DNA from: Mobula birostris | Lineage: Eukaryota | Length of the DNA stretch: 64,000 nucleotides | Assembly: GCF_030028105.1 (NCBI RefSeq) | Contig: NC_092371.1 | Span: 14,343,884-14,407,883, forward strand | Reading direction: 5' to 3' | Shown: positions 50,101 to 63,714 of the stretch, piece after piece | How the letters are laid out: the number at the start of each line of letters is the position of its first letter | How positions within the stretch are numbered: the first letter of the stretch is position 1 | Notes under the pieces: model-generated | What the model was told of the DNA's origin: nothing | What the model saw: only the letters and a program-made list of their open reading frames with translations | Database searches by the model: none | Made by a program: the position numbers and the translations under genes

Positions 50101-50800
50101 CTACGGGCATGTAGATACAACGTCTTCAGTACCGTATTTACAGTCCTTTCTGTCCACGCATCCCTAATGATTTGACACTCAGGCTGCTGGCTGCAGCCAG
50201 GTTCCATCACCTGCGTGCCCTTCCTGACATTATGACTGCACGTTATCTTTACTTTTTACCACTGGTCCTATCCTGAATCCCTTCACTCCTGCCAAGTTAG
50301 TTTAACCCTTCCCCAACAGCCTTGACAAACCCATCCGCGAGAATATTGGACACTCTCGGGTTCGGATGAAATCCATCACTTTTGAACAGGTCATACCTGC
50401 CCCAGAAGAAATCCCAATTATGCAAGAACCTGAAAGCCTGCCTCTCAGCCACGCATTTATCTGCAAAATTGTCTATCCTGTTTCTACCTTCCCTGGCTCC
50501 TGACTCAGGCAGCAATGCAGAAATTACTACTCGGGAGGTCCTGCGTCTTAGCTTTCTACCTCGGTCTCTAAATTCGCTTTTCAGGATCTCATTTATTTTC
50601 CTTCCTATGTCATTGGAACCAATATGTACCAAGAGGTCTGGCTGCTCCCCTGACTCTGGCACCTAGGAGGCAACATACCATCCGGGTGTCCCGTTCACGC
50701 CTCCAGAATCTTCTCTCTGTTCCCCTCTCTATCGACTTCTCTGTCACTACCGCTCCTTTCTTCTCTCTATTTCCCTTCTACGCCCTGAACCATGCTCAAT
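47190..50800 (-). mobile_element. Long decayed CR1 (ORF1 esterase, endonuclease, RT), with small nested fragments
   Basis: ORF 50297-50662 LLVHIGSNDIG (esterase), 49902-50210 endonuclease, 48646-48930 NYRPVSLTS, 48013-48378 RT C-terminus. Confidence 0.9.
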
Positions 50801-52874
50801 GCCTGTAACCCAGTCGCGGTGGTCTTCTCCAGGGTGATCATCCTCCACAAAAGTATCCAAAATACTTGCTTTTCAGGGGAATAGCCATAGGGGTGCTCAG
50901 TTCTATCTGCCCATTTCCATTTCTCCTGACAGTCCCCCAGGTACTCCCCTCCTGCAACTTCGGGGTGTCTACCTCCCTGTAACTTTGATCAATTATATCT
51001 TCGCTGTCCTCAGATTAAGGAAGTGCCTGCAGATCATCCGGGAAACAGGGATAGAGAACGTGATCGGCAAATCTCTTGGCGATCTCTTTGCAATCATGTC
51101 ATAACTTACGCAGTGGAAAGATTGGCAATCAGCGGACGCAGTTCATGTTGATTATCAGCAGGCCGCCTGTAAAGTGAATCGCAAGAGTTTGCTGAAGAAA
51201 GAAATCCAGCTGTTCACAGTGTATATCAAAACATTTAGACAAGGGAACGAAGTGTAATATTGCCATGTTTGTTGATTATCAGGGTTATCAGGACAGTGCA
51301 GAATGACTGAGTTGATGTTCATACGTTAAGAAAACAGGCAGGGATGCAACATACCGAAAAAACTGTGGAAAAATTGAGGTGACGTGTGGAAAAATGTTCT
51401 AAATTGGAGTCTCTTTCAATGGCGAAAGAGTGAGGCCATTTGTGCAAATAACCATTCACATGTACACAAAAGAAACACCCTTCCTCTGAGTCAGAAAATA
51501 GATAATAGCACAAGTGTCTGAGTGGCATAGCCTGGAGTTTGAGATCGACAGGTTGACATGAAGTGTGAAGTGAATGTTTATGTAAGGCATAATAATGTTT
51601 ATTGCTCCATCTATTTATGAATGCATTTATTTGTTTGTTTGTTTGTATTTGCACAGCTTGTCTTATTTGCCCATTCGTTGTTTGGCCGTCTTAGTGTTTA
51701 GCTTTTCCATGATTCTATTGTATTCCTTAATATCTACCGCGAATGCCCGCAACCTAATGAAACTCAGGGAAGTATATGATGACTTACCGCACATTGACAG
51801 TAAAGTTATTTTGAACTCTGAATTTTATAATCCCAAGCCTGTGACCACGGTCTAATTTATAAGCCTCAAATTAATCAATCCAGTGGTTTCTGCTCAGTGG
51901 TCCTCCCTGGATGTTGATGGTGAAGTAAGGTCATGGAACGTCACGGGCCGGTGGTCAGATCCTTTCCTGTTGAAAGGGGCCATTGCTGGAGCAAATCTAG
52001 ACAAACTGATGTTTGCTGCTACCAGCCTTGTCTGATCATTTCTGGAGTCCTGTTCCATGCATCAATATCTCACTGTTGGAAAATTACATGCCTGGGATTT
52101 CAGATGAACGTTCTCCGAGGTAAATGGCGACTGTCCATTTTCCGGTATAGATACTGCCTGACCCGTTCAGTCCTTCAAGCTCTTTCTGAGTTGCTACAGA
52201 TTCCAGCAACTGCAGTCGTTTGCGTCACCGGTGCAATTATTGCTGAACATCCCTAATTCCATTCTAATGATACGTAGAAGATTCACTGCCGAGAGGCTCA
52301 CACCTAATGCCCTGCTGCGTTGATTGCGTTTCACTGCAACCAATTTGCACAATTGACTGACGACAATGTCTGACGTTAAATGAAATTCTGCCTAGTCCCC
52401 TTTACAGACTATGGAGAAAAACATCTGTCAGTTGGGAGTTACGGATTTCGACGACAAACATTATTCTCTTATAAGCAAATCAGCGACATGCTTTCTGCAG
52501 GATTGATATATTCTCAGATAGGAACCGATGTATTGTCGAGGTAAGTTTGGGATGGCATAGAGACTTTGCAGAAATTTGATGTGACCTTGAAAAGTTTTGT
52601 TCTCATTTGACATTCTGAGCAAAGCCGAGGGGCCGAGTGCCACTACGACCCACACCCACTGTTCCAGAGGGAAGCGGCCGAAACAATGTCTAAAATAAGT
52701 TTATCCTGAGTATTCTCCAAAGTCCTTCAGGCCTGGATATGTGATATAATTGAAGATGAAGCAATCTTGAAATTAGGGGTTAAGGTTTTAAAAATCAGCA
52801 ACGTGGCCATTCAAAGTTTCCGAAGGTCAGCAAGTCAATCTCCGCCCAGATTCTTTCCCTGGCACCGCCCACTC

Positions 52875-52895
52875 ATTTACATCCCAATTAATAAA
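52875..52895 (+). promoter_or_regulatory. Candidate IgL promoter: variant octamer ATTTACAT and AT-rich TATA-like box
   Basis: ATTTACAT at 52875-52882 (one mismatch to ATTTGCAT, light-chain orientation) and TTAATAAA at 52888-52895, about 130 bp upstream of the ATG. Confidence 0.45.
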
Positions 52896-53013
52896 CGGAC
52901 ACGAAGACCCCAGTTTGTACACTCTGAAATCGGAGCGCTTCTCGAAGTTTGCAGAACAGCGCATGGTTCGGTCGGAATTTTTGGACGCTCGCTGTCTGCA
53001 CCTGTCCGGAGGA

Positions 53014-53062
53014 ATGTCCCCAGCGCTGCATCTCCTGTGGGTTCTGCTGGTTCATTTACCAA
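53014..53062 (+). CDS. IgL leader exon MSPALHLLWVLLVHLP
   Basis: 49 nt, phase-1 donor GTGAGA. Confidence 0.85.
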
Positions 53063-55537
53063 GTGAGAGTCGGATTGGTTTAAACACGGATTTTCCGTTA
53101 AAATTGGGATACAGCTGATTTTTATTTTGCTCCAAGTCACCCAGTGGTTTTATTGTGCTTTATTGCAGATATTCACGCGGCTCCGGTGCTCAATCAGATC
53201 CCAATGTCTGGACCTGTTTCCGCGGGACAAACCGCCCGCCTAGAGTGCCGGATTCAGAACGGTAATGTTGGAAGTTACTACATGTACTGGTACCGACAGC
53301 CTCCCGGGGAGAGACCGGAGTGGGTGTTAATACATTACCCAAACAATAATATATACCGAGGTGCAGAGATCACAGACCGTTTTCAACCGTCCAGAGACAC
53401 CTCCAGTAACAGTCACATCCTGACCATTAGCAGTTTGGAACCCCGCGATTCCGCCGTCTATTACTGTGCAGCGTGGGATAATGGAGCTATCTTCGGTCCA
53501 GGCACCATCCTGGATATTAAGAGTAAGTGACTCTCTCATTCTTTACAAACAATTCCTATTACAGCCATACCTATTCCTCACAGCTGGATAAAATCCCGTC
53601 CTGGTAAGGCTTGTCATATTTGTACACTGTGGGAGGTTCCATCTGTCTCAGTCCGTCAAAGGGGCCTTTCAGATCATCCAGTCAAGTATAACAATTAAAT
53701 TAATTTGACTTGTGAACAAATATTTTGTTAGATGCGTTTGACCTACTTTAGTCGGTGTGGGCGAAATTAATACTTTCCGACCTCCCTCCGTCATTTTTAT
53801 CACAATAGGGCCCGTGGATTGTATTTTAGCATTGGTTTACTATTGCTACTCTTCACAAGATGCAATGAAAAGTTTGTAATGCATACTGTCCATAAAGATC
53901 ACGTGATGACAGTGCATTGAGTTAAAGACAGCTTAATGCAAAATAAAATGTACCAGCCACCCAGGGAATGTAGTGCAAGTAGATAAGTTGCAAAATCATA
54001 AGGAAGTAGATTGTGAGGTCAATCGTCCATCTTATCGTACAAGAGAACCATTTAATAGTCTTAATACAGCGGCCCCTCTTTGACGGCAAATTAAACCAAT
54101 CCCTGCTGTCTACATATACTCCATATCCCTCCAATGCCAGCACACTCATGTGTTCGTCCAACAGATTTTTTTGAACATCCCTATCGTATCTGCCTCCTAC
54201 ACCTCATGCACCCATCACTCTGTATAAAAAAGGAACATTCACCGAACTTCTCCTTTAAATTTTCCCCCTCTCCGCTTAGATTTATGCCCTGGGGGAAAAT
54301 TTTTGACTGACTATCCTTTCGCTATCTCTCATACGGTCTTGAGTAATGTTCACAAATATTTTTGGGGAAATGGTCGCTACCACAAGCATTACATCTACCT
54401 TCCCTCTTCATTCACCAACTCTGAGAACATGTTTGTCGAGAATATTCCATAATTTTTCTGGGTGCGGTAAACCCTGTACCACAGAACAAGATGTTCACCA
54501 CTTCAAGTTAACGCAATTGACAGTTTGTTAAGAACCCTGTCATTGTGGTTGTTCAAAACACATGAGAAGAACATCGCACTTTAAAAATAATACACTCTGG
54601 GGAAGATGTTGTGCAGAAAAGAGGCTGGTCAGAGAGTCCAGCGGCAATAGACGGGTTCGGAATGCAATGTGGGTCTGAAAGAGTCGTTTCGCCTCTTCCC
54701 GCTTCTCACCGGTTCACAGACCTGCTCATTTTCTTCCGTCATTTCCTCCTCAGTCACTGGATACTGAGTCTTAGATATCGATTAAGCTTTCCCGCACTCG
54801 GGACATCCCAACTGAAGGTGTAATATTTTCAGTTATTGTCCAAAGAGTTCAAGAGTTGGGGAGTTATTGGAGAACAACAAGGAATTGGTCTCACTAGAGG
54901 GACCAATCATATGGGCACGGTGTGGGCAATTAGACAAGAGATTGGGTAGTGTTATCTTTTAACACAATGCAGTGCCGAGAGCAGAGTGGATTCAAAAACA
55001 TTTTTAAAAGTAAATGATGTCACGTCGTAACCGCCGAAGGCTGCGTATACTCCGGGAGCTCGTCACTCAGAGGTTTGCACCCGAAGGGTCAAATGTGCCG
55101 TATCCTGTGTCGCAATACCTGTGTTAATATCGGCGCTGGTGTTTCTATCTCTGAATAGATCATAAAGTAATATTGTTTCTATTGCCCTTCGTCTCCTCTC
55201 TCACATAGGTAGCGATTCCCGGGAGCCCTCAGTTCTCCTGCTCCCTCCCTCTCCGGAGGAGACTGGCACGGGTTCGGCCACTCTCTCCTGTCTGGTGAGT
55301 GGTTTTAAGCCAGGCTTGGTAGCGCTGCGCTGGACCGTGGATGGAGTCGAGACGGAGAGCGGGGTGACGACAGGCGCCGTGTCCCTGGACACCGACCAGA
55401 CCTACAGGCTGAGCAGTTACCTGCGGGTACCCACCGCTGCATGGAACAAGGGCTCGAGTTATTCCTGCAGCGTGAGCCACAGCTCACTGAGCTCGCCACT
55501 GCGCAACACCATCTCTTCGTCCGCCTGTGCGCCGTGA
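53014..55537 (+). CDS. IgL: Immunoglobulin light chain, germline-joined VJ-C cluster, chondrichthyan type I (sigma-cart/NS5)-like, 243 aa, intact
   Basis: join(53014-53062, 53169-53522, 55209-55537) = 732 nt, open. GT-AG introns, phase 1. Isotype assigned from remembered similarity to horn shark and skate type I chains. Confidence 0.93.
53169..53522 (+). CDS. IgL fused V-J exon
   Basis: ARLEC...MYWYRQ...DSAVYYC-AAWDNGAI-FGPGTILDIK. No RSS between V and J. Donor GTAAGT. Confidence 0.97.
55209..55537 (+). CDS. IgL constant exon
   Basis: PSVLLLPPS...ATLSCLVSGF...LRWTVDG...LSSYL...W...YSCSVSH...SSSACAP*. The C-terminal Cys is available for the interchain bond. Confidence 0.97.
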
Positions 55538-57719
55538 GAGTGTGCCTCCTGGCAGCACACGCGGATTGATTGTTTTTGTTTAATGCAGTGAGGCAATCGT
55601 TGGGTCTGTGCAGCAGCCCATTGCAATGTACTTGTGTAGTAATGTTCGCTTATGGAAACAATCAGAATGTTTAATAATTTCAGAACGTTTAGCAATAATA
55701 ATCCAACTTTTTCGACGGATAATTGTGTATAGAATTGCCCCAGTATGCTGTGTCTGAATTGCCGCTGTTTGTAGGCTCAGGAACGATCTCCCTTGCTGTG
55801 ATTTGAACTTGTGTAACACAACTCTAAGTAAAAAAGGAAACAGCGGTAGATATATCGTGTCTTGTCTTTACTCGGATGTTGGCAGTACGTTGGGGGGAAT
55901 GGTCGGAGATAAGGTGCCGTCTCGGAGACTCAAACAGAATTACTGTAGATTCCGTTACGAATGAAGGCCATCGGCCTCACTTCCCGCCCTAACAACACCG
56001 CCACCACCCACCACACCCGCACACACACCCACACATTAGCTTCTGTAACTCAAGGTTATCTTCAAAGTTTAAGGTAAATTTGTTATAGTATGTATACGTC
56101 TTCATATGTGACCACGAGTTTCATGTTCTTACAGGTATCCACAGTAGAATAAAGAAATACAACAGATGCAATGAAAAACTACACACAAAGATAGAGAAGC
56201 ACAAAGACCAATAACCGCAATAAATAAATGGATAGGTAGAAAGATTGACAGATAAATAAATAAAGCACACATAAATAGATAAATCAATTAAATTGAAGCA
56301 ATCATAAATAAATAAATAAACAACTAAACGGATAAAGGGGATAAATACATAAATGATACTGAAGACATGCGTTTGAAAGTGAGTCAATAGATCGTCGAAT
56401 CAGTTCAGAGATGTGGTGATTAAAGTCAACTACTTTGGTTCAGGGGCCTGATGGTTGAACTCTTCCTGAAACTTGTCGTGCTGGATCTAATACTGTAATT
56501 GCAGATGGGAGAGAGTTGCTGAAGCGCAAAACATGTGTAACATGACTGCCGAGACCGTTTAATTATGTTAATGTTATATCTTGCTTGTCCAATAGTGTGG
56601 TCTTTATAGAGGGTGTGACTGATAAGATGACTGCGAGTGTTTGTTCCTTGTACACACAGCGAATTCATTAACATTTCACACCAGTTATTTACCGTTGCCT
56701 GACCTGCTGATTGCTTCAAGACTTTGGTGTAGAAACCTGACTTCGTCATTAATGAGGTTTTCATGTTTGTTGGGTGGTGTCAAACTGTGCCTGGGCTTCT
56801 ACTGACCATTTATGACCATATTAATCACGCTAGCTATGGACTATGTGAGGCAACGTGCGCGACGTCAAAGAAAATAAATCCTGTCCATAAGATAGAAATC
56901 CAATGAACAATAATGGCCCACACATAAATAGAATATATTAAAAATTAAAAATATTAGCTTTATTTGTCATACGTCGAAAGAAACATACGGCGCCGTTTGC
57001 GTCAAATCAGATTAATAAGGATTGTGCTGGGGACAGACCGGAACTGTCACCACGCTTTCGGTGATAACATTTATTTATTTGGTATTTATGTATTTACTTA
57101 TCTATCTGTCTTTACATCTATCTACCTATCAAGCCGTCTGTCTGTGTATCTACAGTGTCTATCTAACTCCCTATCTATTTATTTATTTGTTTATTTATTT
57201 ATCTAGAGATACAGTGTGATTACAGACCCATTTGGCCCAACGTGCCACCCAGCAACTCACCGTTATCACCCAAGCGCAAACACAGGACAATTTACAACTA
57301 GCGTACTAACCGGTACTTCTTTTGACTGTGGAAGGAAACCATAGTGCCCGGAGGATGCTGCACCTTAAACTCTATAACTGGCATGTAATAACTGGAAAAT
57401 TTCATGAACATTTTCAGAGACTTTATTGAAAAGTACCTAAAATACACATGCCGAGAGGATTTATTGCACATTTGCAATAAACATTTAAGCATTATGGTTT
57501 ACTGAATTCTAAATAATACTGGGTACAAAACCTGAAGACTGCCCGCTGGAAAGGTGATCACTAATAATGTGGTGGCGATAGGAGTCAGCCACACACCGGG
57601 ATGCAGTCTGTAAACCAGATTCAACAATTAAAAAATGGTGAGGTTCGCTTTTCTACAGCGCCTATTATTCCCTCTTTGACCCACAACCATCAGGTAGGAA
57701 GTACCTCAGCATTAGTACA

Positions 57720-58639
57720 AGTCATGGTCCGGTCTGTGAAACCCGCATTGCGGTTCACGGTCCGGTTCATCGATCCTTATTCCGGGTTTTCCTGATTTCC
57801 CATGTTCCATTGAGTGCCTGAATTTAGGCACCTGATTCTCGTTTTGAGCTTGCACATAAATACCTCTCAAACCAAGGATTCCCAGCTGGACTATTCTCTT
57901 CCCCTCCCCTCCGAATTCCTGACGGTTACCTCGCCTGCAACCTCGCCTTCTACCTCGCCGACAACCTTGCCTGCAGCCTTTGTCTGACTGTTCGTCAGGT
58001 CCTCCTCAAGTATCCTCGGCGGTGGCCTCGTCAAGTATCCTCGACAGTGACCTCGGCAAGTATCTTCGGCAGTTACCTGGGCAGTTACCTCGGCAAATAT
58101 CCTCGGCATAAATATCCTGCGACCTAAAAAGGGTCCGGCCCTGCATCCTGGAAAGCATCGCGGCCCCTGCGTTCAAGAAAGAGTCCCAGCCCTGCGTCCT
58201 GGAAAGCATCCCGGTGGCTCCGAGCCCAAGTAGGAGTCCTGGCTCCGTACCCTAGAGCCTGTTCCAGCCTAGTACAAGAGCCGAGCCAAACCTGGAGGAA
58301 GCAGGAGTTCCATGTCCAGTCCTGTAGCCACGACTTCTTCTCGCCTAGATCCGGGGTCGGAGCCCGAGTCAAGACCCGGGTTCCAGGTCCCAGTTTAGTC
58401 TCTGACTCGGAGTCCTAGACCAAGCTCCTAGTTCCAAGTTCCTTGTCCTGGTCCCGCTTTCCCATTCTTAGTTCTAACCCAGGCCCAGTGTCCTTGTTTC
58501 TTCCAGGGTCTGTGTCCATGTCCAGCGTCGTTTCATCCTGACTCCCCTTGCTTTCTGCATAAACCTTGTCCAGTTCGTATTACTTCAGTGCCTCTGTCAT
58601 GCATTTGGGTCCCACCATCAACGCCCCCGCCCCATGACA
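57720..58639 (+). mobile_element. Solo LTR, same family as 9020-10271
   Basis: (A/T)GTCATGG...ccccaTGACA. 5-bp TSD gtaca/gtgca with one mismatch. Internal tandem units. Confidence 0.8.
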
Positions 58640-59189
58640 GTGCAAGGACTGTTCGGATAGGGAACAACTTCTTTCCCCAAGTCGTGAGATTAAGGAACTT
58701 CTTGCGACCACCCAGGTCTCATCACCTCTGAGGTCTCGATAGTGTTGTACCGCTTACTTTTCGACTTGTGTCGTAAAGGCACCCTGTGCTGACTGTTAAC
58801 CTTCTGAAATATATTTTCTGCTGTGTTCAGTTATTTGTGTTACTATTATTTTCCGTAATGTTTGTGAATTATCTGCACCTTGTTGTGTAGTTTGGTTGGG
58901 AGGATCTTTGATTCGTTTGGTTGAATAACTATATAGAGTGATAATGTGGAGTAATCAGTCTTCAAGATGGCTCAAATGGTGCCGCTAAATGGCGTCTCTT
59001 TACGTGCACCTCCGATAGGAATAGTCAAAAATTCCTATTTAGGACTGCTACATCTGAAATCCATAGCAGGTAGGATTCCAAATCCCCTTGAAATAAGTGT
59101 CAACATTGCAATTGTTTTCTTTACCTGAGACGCGACGTGTAAATTAACCGTCTGGGAGACTTTCAGGAGGACTTCTCAGTCTCTTTGCG

Positions 59190-60895
59190 CCTCTGATGTT
59201 TGAACCCTCTCACATTGCTTCGTCAGCACTAAGTACCCTCCACCTATCTTCGTATCATCTGCAAACTTTGCCACAAAGCCATCAATTCCATTATCAGAAT
59301 CACTGACAGACCATGTGAAAAGTAGCGGTCCTACCTCTGACACGAGTAGTCACCGGTAGCCAATCAGAAAAGGCCCCTTTTGCTCCCACCTGCGGCCTCC
59401 TGTCCATCAGTCATTCCGCTATCAATGCCAGTATCTTTCCTGTAACACTGTAAAATTTCATCTTGTTAAGAAGCTTCATGTGTGCGCATGCGCCGGTCGT
59501 GCGCGCAGCCTGGTGCAGCGGTTCCGATCTATTCTTACTTTCTTCTTCTTACTTTTTAAATTACGTTATTTTTTCAATTTTTTTTTCTCACGGTAACGCG
59601 TCGAAGCTGCACCCTCTCTAACATGCTGGTAGAGAGAGTTTTATTTGGGTTTTCTTTAGCGCTGGAAATGGTTACATCCCGACACGCGAGACAGAAGCAA
59701 GGTCGCATTGTGTATTCCACGGACCAGGAAATACCGGCCGGTTTAGCGAGCAGAGCAGCGGACACCCCTGCTGAAATCCAGAGGAAAACACACAGAGGGG
59801 AGTCACAAAGCCGAGGAAGGAGGACCGAGTCGAGACAGCAGAGACTCTTGGAGAAGAGGAGTTCGGTGGGTAATACCGTTCCGGCTGACCGGAAGTGCAC
59901 TGACAGTGGTAAGCGCAAGGGAGTTGGGTGCTTACTGTTCTGGCTAACAACGGATGGTGCAATCCGGGGTATATTACGATTGAGGAACGTGTTTGCAGAC
60001 TGGATATTGAATTTTTCACCGTTGGGCTTCGGCCACATTCCACCGTGATACAACACTTGGCGTCCAGGGAGGTCGTTCCTGCCTGTGGCCATCGAATGTG
60101 CAGCTCCTCCCGTGGAGGGTCAGACACCCCGAGCTAATAAACTGGCCCTGGACTTATTTTCCATCTGGCACAGTTTGAATTGTGTTGTTTGATTGTTTGT
60201 GGTTTTTGTATTGCTATATTTTCGCTCTATTCTTGGTTGGTGCGGCTGTAACGAAACCAAATTTCCCTCGGGATTAATAAAGTATATCTATCTATCTACC
60301 TTATCAAACACCTTCTGAAAATTCAAGTAAATGACGTCCACTGCCTCTCTTTTGTCCACACTGGTCGTTACTTCCTCGAAGAACTAACAGAGTAGTGCAA
60401 GATTTCCTTTGTGGAAACCATGCTGATTTTAACTTAGTTTATCTTTAGACTCCAAGTATCCCGAAACCTCATCCTTAGTAATAGACTCCAACAACGCCCA
60501 ACCACTGAGGTTAGGCTAAAGGGCATACAATTTCATTTCTTAAATAGTGAAGTAAATTTGCGATATTGTAGTCCTCCGTGACCATACCAGAATGAAGTGA
60601 TTCATGAAAAATCACGACCAATGCATCCGTGAGCTCTTCAGTAAACTCTTTCAGTCAGCGTAAGACCCTTCAGATGTCTAGCACTTTCTCCTTTATAATA
60701 GCAGTACCATTTTCTCCTGCTCCTGGACACTCACGGACCTGTGGCATACTGCTAGTAACATCCACAGTGAAGACAAATGCAAAGTACCCATTAAGATCAT
60801 CTGCCATTTCTTTGTCCCCCATTACTACGTGACCAGCATCATTTTCCAGTGGTCCAATATCAACTCTCACCTCCCTTTTATTCTTCATGTAACTG
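59190..60895 (-). mobile_element. CR1 fragment split by a nested insertion
   Basis: CR1 RT sequence stops at about 59486 (...cttcatgtgtg) and resumes at about 60298 (cttatcaaacacctt...). Confidence 0.8.
59487..60297 (+). mobile_element. Complete non-autonomous Rex1/Babar-derived element (about 810 bp)
   Basis: 5' UTR, endonuclease fragment (GRIVYSTDQ, CRLDIEFFTVGLRP) joined directly to the 3' UTR and (TATC)n tail. Nested in CR1. Confidence 0.7.
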
Positions 60896-61499
60896 CTGAC
60901 TATTCCTAATCACATTATGCCTCTCCAAATATTCATAAATCCTGCCTCTCAAGATCTTCTCCATTAACTTACCGACCACTGAAGTAAGACTCACTGGTCT
61001 ATAATTTCCTGGGCTATCTCTACTCCGTTTCTTGAATAACGGAATAACATCCGCAACCCTCTAATCGTCCGTAACCTCTCCCGTCCCCATTGGTGATACA
61101 GAGATCACTCAGCAATCTCCTTCCTCGCCTCTTACATTAGCGTGCGGTATTTCTCGTCCTGGCCCGGTTACTTATCCAACTTGATGTTTTCCAGAAGCTC
61201 CTGCATATCCTCTTTCTTAATATCCACATGCTCAAGCTTTTCAGTCCGTAGGACCATCCTGACCAGTATTGACCAGCTGAACTGAAAGACCTGTTTCGTG
61301 CTGTGGGGATCTGTGATTCTATGAATCTGCTTATTTGATGCTGGTTTAATAGTTCACAGTCATTTTTTTTTAATATTTCCTTTGCGAGGTGGTTTGGGCT
61401 TGATGACAATTTCTATGCATCCATTCTGAAAATGTTGGAAACGATGCGATGAGACAGTCTTGCATTTCCATAGCGACTTTCATGCTCTGGATGCTGCCC

Positions 61500-62115
61500 A
61501 GACACTTTTCTTCCCAATACATTTTCTGAGACGTGCCAGTCAATGGCAAACTCATAACTGGATAACTGTTAGGGAAAGGTAAATCTGAGCAGGCAGTTAG
61601 CACAGAGCACCCTTGTGACCATTCCCCTTAATAATATGTATACCGCTTTGGATGCTGTTGTGGGATGACCTCTCAGGAGAACCACGGAGACCGAGTTATG
61701 GGCACTGAGCATGCACAATGTTTGAGAGGGGAAAGAGGAAGAAGATGGGATCGGTAGTGATTGGGGACTCAATGGCCAGGGTAACAAAAAGGAGATTCTG
61801 TGGACGTGAGTAGGACACCCGCATGGTACGTTGCTTCTCATGTGCCAGGGTCAGGATGTCTCGGATGGCTCTACAAAATGTTGGAGGGGGAGGGAGAGTA
61901 GCCAGACGTCTCGGTACATATTGGTACCAATGAGATAGGAAGGAAAAGCGCAGAGGTCCTGAAAAGAGAATTTAGAGAGCGAGGCGTTATTTCTGGATTG
62001 CTGCCAATGATGGTAGAAAGAGGATGATTTAGCAAATTAATGCTCGACTGCGAAGCTGCTGCAGGGGGCGGGGCTTCAGGAGCATTGGGATCTCTTCTGG
62101 AGGAGGTATGACCTG
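61500..62115 (+). mobile_element. CR1 ORF1 fragment
   Basis: Paralogous to 26420-27080. Confidence 0.65.
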
Positions 62116-62119
62116 TTCA

Positions 62120-63383
62120 GAATAATAATGTGAGCTGACTTGATGATTTTCGCCCGGTAGCACTCACATCTGCAGTGATGGAATACTTTAAGAGCCTGGC
62201 CATGACTACACTGAACACCTGCCTCAGCAAGGACCTGGACCTATTGCAATTTGCCGATCGCTACAATAGGTAAACGGCAGATGAAATCTGAATGGCTCTT
62301 CACACGGTTTTCGACCAGCTGGACACCACAAATATCAATGTCAGAATGCTGCTTGTCGACTATAGATCAGCACTGAATACCATTATTCCCACAGTCCTGA
62401 CCGAGAAGAAGCAGAACCTGGGTCTCTGTACTTCCCTCTGCAATTGGATCCTCGACTTCCGAACTGAAATACCTCAATCTGTGCTGATTGGAGATAACAT
62501 CACCTTCTCTCTGACGATCAACACTGGTGCACCTCAGGGGTGTGTGCTTAGCACACTGATCTAATCTTTACATACCCATGACCGTGTGGCTATGCGTAGC
62601 TCAATTATCATCTATACATTTTCTGATGATACAACCATTGTTTGCAGAATCTCAGGTGGTGACGAGTGCGCGGACAGGAGTGAGGTATGCCAACTAGAGG
62701 AGTGCTGTCTCAGTAACAACCTGGCATTCAACGTCAGTAAGACGAAAGAGCTAATTGTGGACTTCCGGAAGGGTAAGGCGATGAAACACATACTAATCCA
62801 CACAGAGGGATCAGAAGTGGAGAGAGTGAGCAGTTTCAAGTTCCTTGCTGTCAAGATCTCTGAGGACCAAACCTGGTCCCAACATATTAATGTAGCTATT
62901 AATATTAAAGTAGGAAAGAGAGTGGTTATGCTTCACTGGGAGTTTAAAGAGATTTGGTATTCTAACAAATACACTCAAAAGCTTCTATAGATGTAACGTA
63001 GAGAGCATTCTGACAGGCTGCATCACTGTTTGGTGTGTGGGGGGGGGGGCGCTACTGCACAGGACCGAAAAAAAGCTGCAGAGGGTTATAGATTTAGTCG
63101 GCTCCATCTTGAGTACTAGCCTGTTACGTACTCAGGGCATCTTCAAGGAGTGGTGTTTCAGAAAGGCAATATCCATTTTTAAGGACCTTCAGCACCCAGT
63201 GCATGCCCTTTGCTCATTGTTACCATTGGATAGGAGATACAGAAGCCTGAAGGCATACACTCAGCGATTCAGGAACAGTTTCTTCCCCTCTGCCATCCCA
63301 TTCTGGTCTTTTTGCACGATTTTTAATATATTCAATATATAAATACGGTAATTGATTTTCTTCTTCTTCTTCTTCTTCTTCTT

Positions 63384-63414
<31 letters not shown>

Positions 63415-63705
63415 TTTTATTTTGTTTTTTTTCCCCATATTATGTATTGCATTGAACTGCTGCAGCTAAGTTAGAAAATTTGACGTCACATTGATCCTCT
63501 GGACACTATCTAAAATTTAATATATATTATTTCTGGGTTTTGCACGATTTGAATCTATTTCATATACGAATACTGTAATTGATATAGCTATTACTATTAT
63601 TATTATTTTATTTTATTTTGTATATTATGTATTGCATTGAACTGCTGCAGCTAAATTAACAAATTTGACGTCACATGCCGGTGATAATAATCCTGATTCT
63701 GATTC
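62120..63705 (+). mobile_element. Rex1/Babar LINE 3' half with tandemly duplicated 3' end
   Basis: INTGAPQGCVLS and FSDDT motifs. The 3' UTR block ending gacgtcaca occurs twice (about 63310-63490 and 63540-63675). Confidence 0.88.
63358..63413 (+). repeat. (TTC)18 microsatellite
   Basis: Directly visible. Confidence 0.97.
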
Positions 63706-63714
63706 TGATTCCGA

